Source: Callorhinchus milii (Eukaryota). Taken from it: a DNA stretch of 64,000 nt. The stretch lies in contig NW_024704743.1 of assembly GCF_018977255.1 (NCBI RefSeq), positions 59,026,001-59,090,000 of the forward strand, in the 5' to 3' direction. Every line of letters begins with the position of its first letter. Position 1 is the stretch's first letter. The notes under the pieces were generated by a model. The model searched no databases, was not told the DNA's origin, and saw only the letters and a list, made by a program, of their open reading frames with translations. A program made the translations under genes and the position numbers. Below, one piece after another: positions 1 to 13,559 of the stretch.

Positions 1-840
1 AAACCGCAGTTTGTATCTTCATCTTTAACATATTTCAAACATAAATGATAGATGACTGCCTCAGAGTGGGAACGTGTCAGATTCTGCACTCCCTGTTGGA
101 GTGACCCATCAACCCCGGTCTGAGATCATGTACAGTACTTAACAGTGAGCTTGACAGAATAATGATTGAGAAGGGCTATGATAGGATACAAAATGGCAGC
201 TTATCTTGCTTGATGGAACTGCCGTCCACTTAGCAGTCTCTTCCCACAGCTTCTGTGGTGTCCCAGAGGGAAGGAAGCATTATGTTAGCAATCTAGCAAT
301 TCCCTGACGGGAGAATCTTGTACGACAGCACAGCATTCCTGAAAGGCCTTTACTTTTAACATAACGGCTGGCTCTAGTGTGCTTATCAGAAGAAAGCAAG
401 TCCTGATAGAGCTCAAGTTATAACTACCTGTCAGATTTGTCTTTCCACTCCCCCCCACCCACCACCCGCTCCTATACACACTTCCTGGAGGTCTCGCACA
501 TCTCTTTGTAACCAGTCAATGTCTTACCAGCACAATATGAAGAGAATCAGTACAAAGGAAAAAGTCAGTGTCCATACTATTCCTTCACACAACTCCTAAG
601 AGTTAGTACAAGGGCACCATAGGGAGGAGTTTGGTCCCTCCAGGGAGGAGACTTGCTGGTGGTACATTAATACTCCTTTCAGTTGGGGGGGGGGGGGGGG
701 GGGGAAAGGGGAGAGAAAGTGAGCAAGAGAAATAAAAGTGGAGTAATATGATCAACGATAGAACTGTAGGTTTGAAATGCCATAGGACATTACCATTGAC
801 AAGATACAAAACCATTATAATCCAGAACCTTTAAAAAAAA

Positions 841-940
841 TAATAATCCTTGCATTTGATATAGCACTTATCACGTTGTTGATATGTCTCAAAGCATTTA
901 CAGAATATATTGTAAAGTGAATTGACTATGTATTATGTGG
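841..940 (-). mobile_element. Deu-SINE 3' tail fragment. Similar fragments at 9903-9998(-), 10103-10209(+), 11960-12085(+), 15310-15415(-), 29201-29304(-), 30515-30632(-), 40377-40455(-) and 62070-62220(+)
   Basis: Shared taataatccttgcatttgatatag...tgtaaagtgaattgactg signature. Confidence 0.8.
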
Positions 941-2169
941 CATGAAACCAAAATGCTGACTTCTTGGTCATTTGTTGTCACATGCATTTTGAAACACAGA
1001 TGGAGCACATTTTAGATTTTTTGGTTAAGTAAATGTCAGGGTCCATATTTCAATTGTATAAAAAGTAAACTTATAAATGGTCGCAAAGCAAGTTCTACTG
1101 TATAAAGATGGAAATTATGAATTTAATTCAATCGGCTTGCCAATAGTGAAAAATAACGCAAACAACTAAGAGAGAATTAACAACAGCACACAGAGGCATG
1201 TTGTATTATGATTAAGCTTGGATGTTAGCCATGTTTAACAAGATCAATATTTTAATAATTTATAGTAGGAACTTTCTAACTCAGCAGTAGAAGTGCAGCC
1301 ATTAAACAATTGTTTTTCCCTTTGGTAAGTAATGATTTTATATCCTCAATTTTATCAGAGGAATTTGATTTCTCTTAACAACTGCTTGACGTATTTTAAT
1401 AGGAATATATAGGACCAGAAAATATTGCAGTCCATCTGGCCTGGCTCAAAATTTTTAAAAATCATCAAAACATTTTAATTTAAAAAGCTATCCCAATTTC
1501 TTCTTAAATTTGCTGACACAATCTTCAACTCAATAAGATCTCCCACGAGTCCTCTACTGTATTGATCATTCTCAGCTTCTATAGCTTCTCCTCGAAACGC
1601 AAGTGTCCTCTTTCTGCCCATCAATTTAGCTACCTTCCGTGCACCCCCTGCAATGCCAACATTCATTACATTTATTCGTTAAATAAAATGCGACCTGGAC
1701 CTAAGAATTGCAGCAGTAAATTCTGTTCACAAACAGAGTAGAAATGCGATATAGAAATTCCAAAATGCATTGACCTGCTGTTCCGAGATGCCAGCATGAA
1801 TTTTCGTGCAGCCAAACGTTACTTGTATATAGGTGATTGGCTAAACTTGCAATGCCTCTAAATTTCTTCACCACACAAAACCATTTTAAACGGCAATTTT
1901 CTGCTGTTTCAATTCACTACAATTCCTATCTGAATGCCATCAGCAAATTTGCATTTGCTGCCCTCCATTACTTTTCCAGGCAGATTTATATATGGAATGA
2001 AAAGATCCCTAAAGGATGCCCTTGCCATCACCTACCAATCAAAGAATATCCCTACTGATCCCAACTCTCTGCCTCCTAATCGATTGTCTCTCCATGTCAC
2101 AAGATTGTATCCAATTACAGATCCAAAAACTGTATTGGACAGAGCAAAAATGACAAACTGGAGATTCAA

Positions 2170-2450
2170 CGGATATAGAACCATATAAATTTAGAGCATC
2201 GAAGAAGGCTATTCAGCCTTTCAAATCAACGGCTCTTCTTTGAAAGAACAACCATTCAAACCCATTTACCTGCCTTTTTCCCGTACTCCTTTTTAAGATA
2301 CCTTGCGGGTTCCTCTTGAAATCTCATATGGATATTGCCTTGACCACCACACTAACAAGGCATTCTACTTCCTAACCACTCTGCGTAAAAAAAACTCCCT
2401 TGCTAATTATCTTAAATTGATTCCCTCCAGTCAAAGACTAGTGAAAATAA
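2170..2450 (-). mobile_element. Old CR1 3' end remnant
   Basis: atagaaccatataaatttagagcatcgaagaaggctattcagcc and cattctacttcctaaccactctgcgtaaaaaaa resemble the reverse complement of CR1 tails. Confidence 0.55.
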
Positions 2451-2929
2451 TGTACAATATGTACAAGTCCTGCTCCAAGTGAAGAATGGCATCATCCAGT
2501 GAAACAGCTGAGGATGGCAACGAGTCATTGGGCAGTAGGTCAAGATAGATGTAGAAGTAGCGAGAAAAAAAATTACAACAAATAATTCAGCTAAAAAGTA
2601 AAATAGAGGGAATAAATAATTGCTCTTGTTTGAGAAATCATCTTAATGGGATTACAGAAAGATTGTGATTCACTGAGTTGCCCATTATTATCCTCCGGTG
2701 TCTTTTTGGGAAAACCACTCAAGATAAATGTCAGCACCCTTAGCACTTTTATACCTTGTTAACTGAATTTACCATGATCAAGTTATAGTGTACTGTATGA
2801 ACAATAGTGGTTTCAGTGTGGAATTTTAGATAACAAAACGCAAAGGAGATGAATAAATATTTAACAGTCACAAGCATATTTGGATCAGTGCATTGGTACA
2901 ACGAGTGGTGCTGCAGACCACGGAGACAA

Positions 2930-3270
2930 GTGGAGCTTGGGGGAACAGTCAAAGAAGTTCTTCAGATAAGTTCTGAAGAAGGGTAAGGGGAGGCAATGTG
3001 GAGGGAAAGAGGCAGAGTTCCAGATATTTGAGGCACCGTAGCTGAAAGAACAGCTGCTGATAATGGAGCAGAGGGGATAAGGGACCCTTTGAAGGTCGGA
3101 CGGAGTCAGCTGAGTGAAAGAGTGCAGGTGCTGGAGTGGGGTGTAAGCAGCTCGCAGAGGTAGCCCGGTGCCATTGTGTGAATTGATTAGTGTGAAGATC
3201 TTGAAATAATCCATTCTGCAATAGAGAGCCAATGTAGCCTGCCAAGGGCTGGGGTGATGGGGGTGCGGAA
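2930..3270 (-). mobile_element. L2-clade LINE 3' fragment
   Basis: Minus-strand translation has FKIFTL, SFSYGASNIWNS and FRTYLKN, matching the L2 ORF2 C-terminus. The ITP-like stretch is at ~3255. Confidence 0.7.
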
Positions 3271-5419
3271 TCTAAAATATGAATTTGGCACAGATGAGAA
3301 TATGCATCAGTGTGACATTAGCCTGAGTCAGCACAACATGGGGTTCCCTGCAGGAGATACATTTCATATCCTAAGGCAATTTTGGTGGCCACAGGTTACA
3401 ATGCCAGTTTCCCCCTAACTGCTGATTAAACTTTGTTGGTCACTCATCTGAAATATCTGACACAAAAAAAGACTCATGGACCACTCCCACAACTACAAAC
3501 GCATTCACCTTATCAAAATGGAATCTAAAAACTAACCTGCATGGGTGAATGATTCAAATTTGAATTATTCCTCTTTTAGAAACAAATTAAAGTCAGTCGC
3601 AAGATCTATGGCCATACTTTCCATCATCTTTCCCCTCCCCACCTCCTTCAGCTCCCACCCCCAGCTCAGGTGCCCAGCCAGCAGTATCAAGAGCTTTGAG
3701 ACATCTCTTCCTCCCACCCCTCGCCACTTTAGGCGATATATAAATGTAAGTTGTATAACTATTGTATATCGCAGTGCTGTGGTTAGGTGAGTCAAGTGAC
3801 ACATATTGTGTTTCGGTTGCAGGGGAAGCGATAGGAAAAGAAATCCAAAGCGCTTGGTGCTACATTTGCAAATCACACTGCTTTCCGACGTTGTGAATAA
3901 ATATAAACTGTGCAGTCTAAAACCAAACGTTTAAAGCGTAAATACACAAAGCATTGAAAAAGGTATTGGAAGCGGATGTGTTATCACAGCCTGAATCTAT
4001 GAATTAGTTTCCTAATATGTACCTTACTCTATCATGTCTTGTGGGATGCAGATTCAGTAAGTAATCCAGTTACTGTTTTGTTTGCAGTTGATGCAAATGG
4101 CAAATCCCCCCAGCTGTCAGTTACTCACCTAAACTATCTATGACAGAAAAAACACACACATTATGAAACCACTCCCAAATCTACAAAAACATTCACATCA
4201 GTGAGAACACTATAAACTGCAAACTACGTCACACAAAGATTTGAGAAATTTGAAATAAATTTCTCTCTTTTGTCTGATGTTCATAATAGGAGCTCGCTCA
4301 CAGAAAGCACTCTTATGGGTTTTGGTGCGTGTAAGGTAAGCTGTGATAAGTGTGCATTTCCAAAGTATAACGATGAGCGACTTATTGTTTCAGTAAAGGG
4401 AAATTAACACCAAACTTACAAAATACACTCTGCCTGTTCCAATATTCTGTTTGCTCCAAACATAACGTGAATTGCACACCAAGATTTATGGAGTTTAGGT
4501 TTCAGATTTGCATTAACAATTTACAAGCAACTTTGCAGATGCTCTATAGAACAAACAATACAATTGGGGGGGCGGGAGGGGGAGCGCGAGCGAACGATGA
4601 GTTGGTTTCTGAAAACACAAAACAGCAGGAGGTCACGTTAGTGAGGGCTGGATGCAAAGCCATTAAATGCGGTAGACAAGATGTTCAAAACCAGGGGCAA
4701 GCAGCCCAGCTTGGTCATGGGGAATGAGTGGGGTGGAGGGCAATAAGAGAGAAGAGAGAAATACACGATTTTATTCTTCTTCCCTCTTTAATCCCCATCC
4801 CTTACAAAACTGGTAGATTTCAAAGTTAGAGGACACTGCTTAATTCAGACCAGCTTTCCAATTCACTTCATTTAATCCTAAATGATGCCATCCTTTTTGG
4901 AATCGTTTCGTAAACTGTTTTTTCTTGCTTATTGACATGATACAACTTGAAGGTAGGAATCACAGCATCCCATCTTTGCCTTTATTCAAAATGTTGTGTC
5001 AAACCCTTTTTTTTAAATGAAGACAGCACAACCTTCCAAGCAATTTGTGCTCTTATCCTGTTTAAAGTGCCATGCAGTCAGTGAGAAATTCATTCTGTCT
5101 GTTACAAATACAGTAATTAAACCACGGACTACTTTCATTGGTTTAATGGAGACAATACCTGGGCCTGAATGCATATTACCTACAGTGGAATAAATTATAC
5201 TAAGAAGTTTTCAACTGTAATGCATTGTTCTACATCTCTACAATTAATGCAACATATCACATTTATTCTACAGCAACTGTCACTTTTAACACCAGCTCCC
5301 AAAAGCTGCAGCTAGCTGCACACGTTGGCAGATTTTCTGAATACAGACAGGCTGAGCTCTCAGAAAGTCATTTGACTAGCTGACCCAGTACAGACCCAGC
5401 TCACACCTTATGCCCAGAA

Positions 5420-5830
5420 TTATTTTTTGGTCAGTCGGGTGTCTGAAACATGGGGAAACTCATCACTATGCTTAAGCGTGTCCAAACCAAACAAAGTTCC
5501 ACATATATTTTCCACCCACCTATTGAAATTTCCCTTTGTCTAGAATGGAAATGTCCACTCTCTCTCCCTGGAGGGACACATCTCTGATTGTCTAATTCTG
5601 TAAAGTATTAGGCACAGGTTGGTAAGAGCCAAGGCGTGGGGACTGCAGAGTGTGCGTTGAGGTACTGCTGGAGCTTAACTAGCTAAAACTACATAGCTTG
5701 CCACTGAAAGATCTGTCCAGCAAGCTTCCCGCTGCCTGCCCAGCTAGGACCACCCATCAGGACTTTGGCTGGCAAGGTTAATAGGAGCCGAGTGGAAAGA
5801 ATCCCTTCCCCCAGTAACGGTCCAGCAGGA
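5420..5830 (-). repeat. Unclassified repeat, 3' part
   Basis: ttttttggtcagtcgggtgtctga...ggtaagagccaaggcgtgggg...gtggaaagaatcccttcccccagt is the reverse complement of 44695-45150. Confidence 0.75.
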
Positions 5831-6100
5831 AAAAGCAAAAGTCATCTGTACCTAGCGCTGCCTGCCAGACATAGAGGGCTGAACTCCACTTTTACATTTC
5901 TCATTTGAGTCAAATAAAAACATAGGAATCTTCCCACGTCACATGTTGTTACTATAAAATAAATGATCTTGTTTTAAAAATTAATGTATCATGACAGCTC
6001 AGTGTCTGGTGGCTATTTTGTAATTTCAGTGTAATTATCAACTGAATTTCATCAACTCGAAATCCTGAAACCCTTTGTTATTACACCAAATATAGTTCTG

Positions 6101-6535
6101 GGTTTGCAGCCTGGTAGCACTCTCACCTCTGACTCAGAAGATTGTGGGTTCAAGCCCCACATCATGACTTGGAATCACATAGTCTAAGCTGACTCTTTCC
6201 AATGTGGTGCTGGGGGTGCGATGCATTGTCAGCGTCCTTCGGAGACATTAAACTGAGGTCTCATCTGCCTGTTCATGTGGATATTAAAGATCCCATGGCA
6301 CTATTCGAAAACGGAAGGGGGTTTCTCCTGGTGTCCTGGCCAATGATCCCCCGAATAAAATTGGTTACTCGCTCCATGGCCATTTGGGGGACGTTGCTGA
6401 GCGCAATTGGTTGCTGCTTTTCACTTTGCGCCCACAAAATACAGTCAATCCACTTTACAGTATATCCTAGGAAGCACGTTGAGATGTCTCGACGATGTGA
6501 CAAGGCGCTATAGAGTGCAAGATTATTATTATTAC
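6101..6535 (+). mobile_element. Long Deu-domain SINE (type B, SacSINE1-like), full length
   Basis: Different tRNA head (gtagcactctcacctctgactcagaagattgtgggttcaagcccc). Complete Deu domain (taaactgagg...aaagatcccatggcactattcgaa...ctcctggtgtcctggccaat...). Same tail as type A. Confidence 0.85.
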
Positions 6536-9500
6536 TACATTTTGTAACCCTAAGGGTCCTCTCTGAATTAATGCCCTCTTCCCCCACTGTCTTACCGAAT
6601 ATGTAAGCATTGTTTTTGCTTCCTCTATCCAATTCAGACCTGACACACCTCTGAAAGGTCCTTTCTGAGGAATCTCTTTTCATGCTTTATGAGTTCCTTC
6701 ACCTTCCCTCATTGTTCCTCACATCTCATCCTTCTTCCACTAGGAAATAATGTTGTTGCCTTCCTCTACAAATGCCTGTAGATCGTGGGCAGTCCCTTTA
6801 TGCCAGACAAACTATACAGGGTGCGCCAGATGACACCTCACCACAGCACTTTAAAACTTGAGCAAACTTCTCTGAGACACTATATGAATGCAATGTGTTA
6901 TTGTTGAGGATCACTCCGAGACGCTACCCCACGTGAAGAGGGATACATAAGTGCAAGTTGCAGTAGTAGACTTGAACTCAATTGACTTGGTAATAATATA
7001 GCCCAAAATCCTGCTTGCTTTTTTTTTAAGTGCTGTATCACAGAGTTTGGACATAGTGAGGTTCAGTCAACAGCTCTAGATCTTTGTCAACTTCCCCCTC
7101 GACAAATTGTGCCTATGTATTTTGTACATGTGTCTATTTTTACTTGCAACATGCAGAACCTCACATTTGATTACACCCTCGTGATTGTCTTGCATAAAGA
7201 GGGTTTCAATGAAGCATCAAACCTTTCTGCAAAGGTGCAAGACACATCTGTGCAATGGTTTCACTTCCCCCCCCCCCCCCTTCGACTGGCTGCTGCTCCG
7301 ATTAAAAAAAGTCCATTAATTCGCAGACCTTTCAAAATTCTGTCAAAGCCGCCAATGTAATTACACCTCTAATTTAATTGCCATTTTCCTGCAAAGCCAT
7401 GTTTTGCACTCCAGTCTGGATTGTTCACTGAATGGCATACAATTTTTTACCTTAGGCCGCACCCCACAAGCTCGCTTTTGCAATCAATGTATTGCCAAGA
7501 TTTTCCACCTTTGGGCTCAAACAGTGCACAATAGCTCATCAGCATCTCCAGAGTTTCAGGTGCTTCAATCTGTGCTGAAGCCCAGACCACCAATCTACTT
7601 TATAAAGAACCCGGGTGGCCTCCTGAAGTCCTGTTCAAATTTCAAACCAGAACAAATCCAGGAGTTGGACAGAAGGGAGGCAACAGAACAGGCAATGTGA
7701 CAAAAAAAATGAGCGGGAAGGAGATAGTACATGCAATACATTATATGCAACAGAAATTTGGCAGACAAAGCTGAATGGAAACAGGAATGCTGTTGGAGCG
7801 AATCAATGAAGGAAATGCTTGGATACAGCAGAGCCAATAGCCCCGACAATAATACTTGTGAAGCCATTATCAAGAAGGCTGCTTTCAGTTAATGCCACGC
7901 CCAAAATCCTTTTCACCTTTGATAATGGGCCCACGTATTCAGTCCGCACATGTTTCTTGTTTCCTCTTCCAGGGTGATTAGTTTCTGTTTATCCGTACTG
8001 AATTCCAGCTGCCTTAGCTCATCAGCTCATCTGTCCAGATATTTCTGTCTGCTATGAATCTCTTTTACACTAATCACCCAGCCACAAGTACTTGGCATCG
8101 GAAGCACCATTTACTGAAAACATTTCTATTATAGATCAATTGTACAGCTCTGATTCAGGCAGACTGCAGCTCAGCTCCCTAGCAATGCCCCTCCGCAATT
8201 TTAACACCGCAATCAAAATAACACATCGTCGAGACATCTCAAAATAACATAGTCATGGAAATCTCATCGAAGTATCCCACCCATTATGTCTCCCAAAGTT
8301 TCTAACCAATCACTTAGTAAACTACAGATTTTGGGTTTTGCATTGCCGAAGTCCCAGAATTTGCCCAGCTGATAACACAACAGTTACTCAGTTAATTTTG
8401 TCACAAATTAAACCAACTCTGGATTCTTGGCCAGCATTCTGTATTTATATTTTACTCAGATTCACCATTCCCACCTCCAGTCCATCCTTCTATTGGGAAG
8501 TATTACGTAGCTAATAATGGCTGTACCGGAGGCAAAGGCAATAAGTGACCTTGCCAAGACTCGTTTCCCCCTCCTCTATGATGGGTTTCATTACAGTAAC
8601 ACGAGGTGCTCTGCCCAACTAGCACGCTGGGCAGTCTCCTTTCAACTCTTGGGGATTGCTTCAAAATAAGTCAGACATGAACCTTTCGTCCCATTTCTTT
8701 CTCTGTAGCATCAATAAGGGTCACAAATAGCTAATAGTAGATCTAATAGGTAACAGAGTTTAGGTGGAACTTCTTCACGGAGTGGGTGGTGGGAATGTGG
8801 AACTCACAACAACAACAAGATTACATGTGTATAGCGCCTTTCACATCGGGAGGACGTCCCAAGGAGCTGGACAGTGTACAGCATTACAGACGCATGCTGC
8901 ATGACTTTGTGTAACTCTGTGAACGAGAAGTAATTGTGTAGTCTCAACCTACAAGTACAGTAGAACCTCACTAATCCGGTCACTCAAGGGACTGGGCAAA
9001 AGTGACCTACCTGGTGGGGTGACTTGATTACTGAAACATCATTGGTGATGAGTTAGGGTGATGAACATTTAACAACCATACTTTACAATCGCATTAAAAT
9101 AAAGGCACTGTCACATTTAAAACAAAAGCTTTCCTTTTGAATCCAACTTGTGTTCTGCCAATTCCATAGATAACAGCGCTCAGGTTAGGCCGCAGGTGCC
9201 GGGAGAAGTCAATTTTCCCGCTTACACCACTTCCGCGATCTCAACACTTCCCGCGCACGACTGGAGCCCACACCACCTACAGTAACAACGTCGAGGAAAC
9301 AGTGCGAGAATTCCGAGGCCTAGTGCACTATTACTGTACAGGTTAGTAGTGAACGGGGGGTGTTTGTACCACATTTGAAGCGGAGGAGGGCGCTGTAGCA
9401 GATGCAATCAATGACCATTGTCCTGAATAGTGAGGTACCCGTTTCGCAGACAGACTATCAGACCACAAAAGAGACAATGAAAATGTGTCCGCAATTGTGA

Positions 9501-10969
9501 GGATTACCGAGGTGACTGCCATCAGATTTCTAATGTAGTTTCTTGTGACCAAAGAACCACAGCACAAAACTGCCCACTTTTAAATGACAAATTGCAATCT
9601 ATTTTAGAGCAGTTTTAGGTTGTTTGGACGGTTTTGTGGCAGAGTAAAAGGATTGTTACCCTGCATCTCACTCGTGCTATGCAGATCTGAGAATGATTGG
9701 TGCCACATTCTGTTGTTTATAAGTCTGCGAGTTAATGGACCAAAAACATAATCTAGTCTTAACCTGCAAGACCATCTGCCTTATAGTTTAAATGTTTTTT
9801 AAAAAAGGTGCTTTTCCACAATTCTTGAAAAGGGCTGGCTTCCAAATTAAGACTAAATTCAATAATTTTCCCCAGTTTTGCACAATATTTAATTTAAGAC
9901 TTATAATAATAATCCTTGCATTTGATATAGCGCCTTTCACGTCTTCTAGACATCTTAACAGAATAGACTGTAAAGTGAATTGACTGTATATATTTGTGGA
10001 CTTATAGGCTAAGACAAGATAGAATTCTGGGGCTGACATGTTTAAGCACATGGTCAATATTCCTCAAGTTTCTCCCCAAAGAGTTATTATACTATTCGCC
10101 CTCAAATATACAGTCAATTCACTTCACAGTATGATCTGTGAAATGCTTTCAGACATCTAGAAGACGTGAAAAGTGCTATATCAAATGCAAGATTTATTAT
10201 ATTTATTATGACATGTTTACTATTTTACTATCAATGCTTTGTTGACTATCAGACAAATCTCTAGACTTATAGCTAGCTTGTTAAAAAAATACATACATTG
10301 TGACTTATCTTTTTTCTTAAAAAAAGGCCCAATCTCACTTATCTTTTGCATGTGCTGACTGCTTATTCATAAGCCAAATTTTTTTTTAAGTTTCTACAAC
10401 ATCACAAATAAATCATGCCAAACAAACACACATTTTGGGCATCATTCTATGTGAAATGAGCAACAGAAAAATCTGTGGCATTTTCCTGAATTAAAAAACG
10501 ACATGTATTTGCCAAGTTCAGACACTCATTCCTAGCCTTCTCCCAAAAGTAAGAGTGTGAACCAGGTGATTACTAACTGTGATGCCGAGCTGGGATTGCA
10601 GCACTCGACGGCTAGACTAATAAAGCAGGATTTGTTACTGGTTCATTCACAAAAGTGCATTATCTGTGCAAACTGTTACACTTTTCAAAAAGCAAGTACA
10701 TATTTGATATCAATAAATGGGGTGGAAGCTTATCATTACACATCGGTTTATTACAAACCTCATGCTGCAATTAGGTTGCCTCAGTCACAGTGGGACATGC
10801 ATACTCTCTCTTTGGCACACATTCTCTCTCTCTCTCTCTCTCACATGCGCACACACACTGAAGAAGGAAACTTGCAAAGGTTGGTATCTCCTAATTTTTT
10901 ACTGCAAAAAAAATCTCATCTTTGGGAACTTATCAAGTAGAAGAATCGTACCTTATTGGTACCTACCTC

Positions 10970-11200
10970 ATTTGTAGCATTTATAATGTCAAGCATTAAA
11001 GTAATTTACAGTAATTGCTGTTAAGTCTAAAACTTAATTTAAGCAAATTGAGCAGCCATTTTGCACGCAAAAATGTCACAAACAGCCATGATGCGAATGA
11101 GCAATTTACATTGAGGACTGTTGGTTAGGAATTCAGGGCAAACTCCCTTCTCTTTTCAAATAATGTCAAAGACATCATCCAGATGTCCAACTAGGACAAG
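10970..11200 (-). mobile_element. Old Deu SINE fragment
   Basis: gcagccattttgcacgcaa...cacaaacagc...aactcccttctcttttcaaataatg. Confidence 0.6.
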
Positions 11201-12609
11201 CAGAATACCATATAATTTGAAGTTGGTATAATTTTCATGAAGTGTATGAAGAAGTCCTTAATATCTTCCAGATTGGACTCAATGTAAATTGTAGAAAAAT
11301 CATAGAAAGTTGACCTTAATCAAGTTCTGTTTTGCTCAACAGCAAGAGGTCGGTTTGGTGCAGCTGGACAGACCTCACCACAAATGTTATTGCATAATGA
11401 AAATTTCTCCATGTAATACCAGTTACATACTGGCTCAGGATATATCTTCGTCTATGCTAATAAAGAATGTCTGTCCGTCTACCAGTAATGCAATAACCGA
11501 TTTAAACATGAGACATGATTTATACCTCATCTGAAAGGCAGTTGGTCACTCAATCTACGACTGTTTGCAACATGATTGCAAGCATAGCTGATATATATTA
11601 TATGACCTTCTCAATTTCTTGCACCCAAGAATACCTCAGGTTTTAAACCTCTACAAAAACGGGAACACAAAGGAGCAAGAAAGAGGAACATCTTCCCTAC
11701 CTCACAAGCATAAATCATCAATATACAAGCATGTGACTTCAACTCTTTACTTTCAGCTTTGGAGAGAGATTAAAGAGCTAACTCATCATCTTATCCATTT
11801 GTGTGGTAGTGCTCAGGAATACACAGCTTCTGGAGGAACATCAGCAACCAGGTATTTATTCAAATTTGGTAGTAACAAGGGCATGATACGCCAGGAGTAT
11901 CTAGTAGTTGGATTCTAGATTGCCAGAAAGCAGATTCTCAACAATCCTCCATAATTAATTTCATGGCTATTTGTGAGAGACATTGTTATGCGCAAAATTG
12001 GCTTCTGCGATCACTTACAAAATGCAGTCACTAGATTTTACGTTTAGACACAAGGTACAACATTAAATGCAAGGATTTTATTATTCATCTTACTAGAAGA
12101 CCAACAAAAAAAGTAATTTCCAGAGTTCTTTGGCGATGGATGATACCTGGAGGGTGGGGGAGTGAAAGTGAAATACAACAAATTACATTTGTATAGCACC
12201 TTTCACGTTGGGATAACATTCCAAGGTGCTGAGAAAGTGAGACGAGGCTCCAAAACAGCACTGCGAGGCACAGCCATTCATTCCCAATGCACTGCTTGCA
12301 AAGCCCCAATAATTATGAAATTCTGCCCTGATATTTTAGCACATTGCCTCAAGCACAACTTTGGGAGAGCCGTGCATTCCAAAGCTGTGAAACGCCGAAG
12401 GGGTCTGTAAAGATATTAGATTTCAAATGCTAGAGCGCCGATATTTCTCTTGGCTGGGAACGTCAATACACACTTCACTATTCATGCAATAGTTCATCAG
12501 TTTACGGGTCACCTAAGTCAGTTAGAGCACTGGCTATCTGAAAGAGTTTGATGCAATTTTAAATTGACAATGGTTCCACTGCTCCTAGGAACTAGAAGAG
12601 AGGTTAACC

Positions 12610-13040
12610 TAATGGATCAGTGGATTATTCACACATAGCTGTGCCATACAGACAGGAAAGGTCTCAGCTTTGATCCCTGGTTTTGCTGAATTTGTACATC
12701 TCATCAAGTAGTCTGGGAATCTACCCACTGGCTTCAATATCCTAGATTTGGGAAAGTGTGTGTGTGGGGGGGAAAGAACAATGGGGGAAAAAAAGTTAGC
12801 CAAGATTACTGCTCTCAATTACAATGCAGCAAAGCCTGCTAAACGCCCATGTGGGTATTGGGTCAGAACAGGTCAAATTTGGCTGAGATGTTGACGTGCC
12901 TGCCAACTCTCATGCCCTGGCTTGATCATGAGACTTGCTTGAAGAACCTGGCTTGAAGAGAGGTCACTTGGCCGGGTACCTGGAGGCCATAAAATCATAT
13001 CCAGCTAGCCTACTGGATATACCTTCAGGAGAGAAAGGTG
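12610..13040 (+). mobile_element. Ancient tRNA-derived SINE, AmnSINE2-like (name tentative)
   Basis: ccatacagacaggaaaggtctcagctttgatccctgg head, ...ggtcacttggccgggtacctggagg...ccttcaggagag end. Homologous to 51840-52200 in the opposite orientation. Confidence 0.5.
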
Positions 13041-13559
13041 GGGGGGGGGGGTGGAGAAAGAGAGAAAAAAACTATAGTACAATAATCTACAAAGAATACA
13101 CTGTGGAATGAGTGGGAAAATCCAAGAATATGAATAATCTCTTTAATTTTGTATATGTTGGATTGATATGTAAAATTAGAGTAAATTGAATGCATCATCT
13201 TCACTTAAAAACAGATGATTCAGGGTAGGTTCCAAAGTTTATATCTAAACTGAACACACTCTAAGATTCAGCACCTACAATGAACACACTGCAGCTATGC
13301 TATACAACACAGGCAAAGGAAGTCCTTCTCATCTTGTAGACCTGATCAATGTCTGTTGCACAAACGTTAAACTGCTGCATTTGCTTGAAGGCATATCAAT
13401 TTCTACAGTAAAATATCAAACGCCTACAACTTACATCCTTTCCCTGAAACGTGCAATGGGTAAAACCTTAGAACACTGATAAATCGAGCGAATGCACCAG
13501 AAATTCATATAGAGCTATTTACCATAATTAACAAATCAAGGTCACGAGTGGAAAAAGCT

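Noticed and set aside
609..621. caagggcaccata identical to the U2-body junction at ~56922-56934
   Set aside because: The match is 13 bp and the flanks do not align, so it is likely chance.
3603..3620. tctatggccatac resembling the 5S rRNA 5' end
   Set aside because: Only ~13 bp, with no continuation into 5S sequence.
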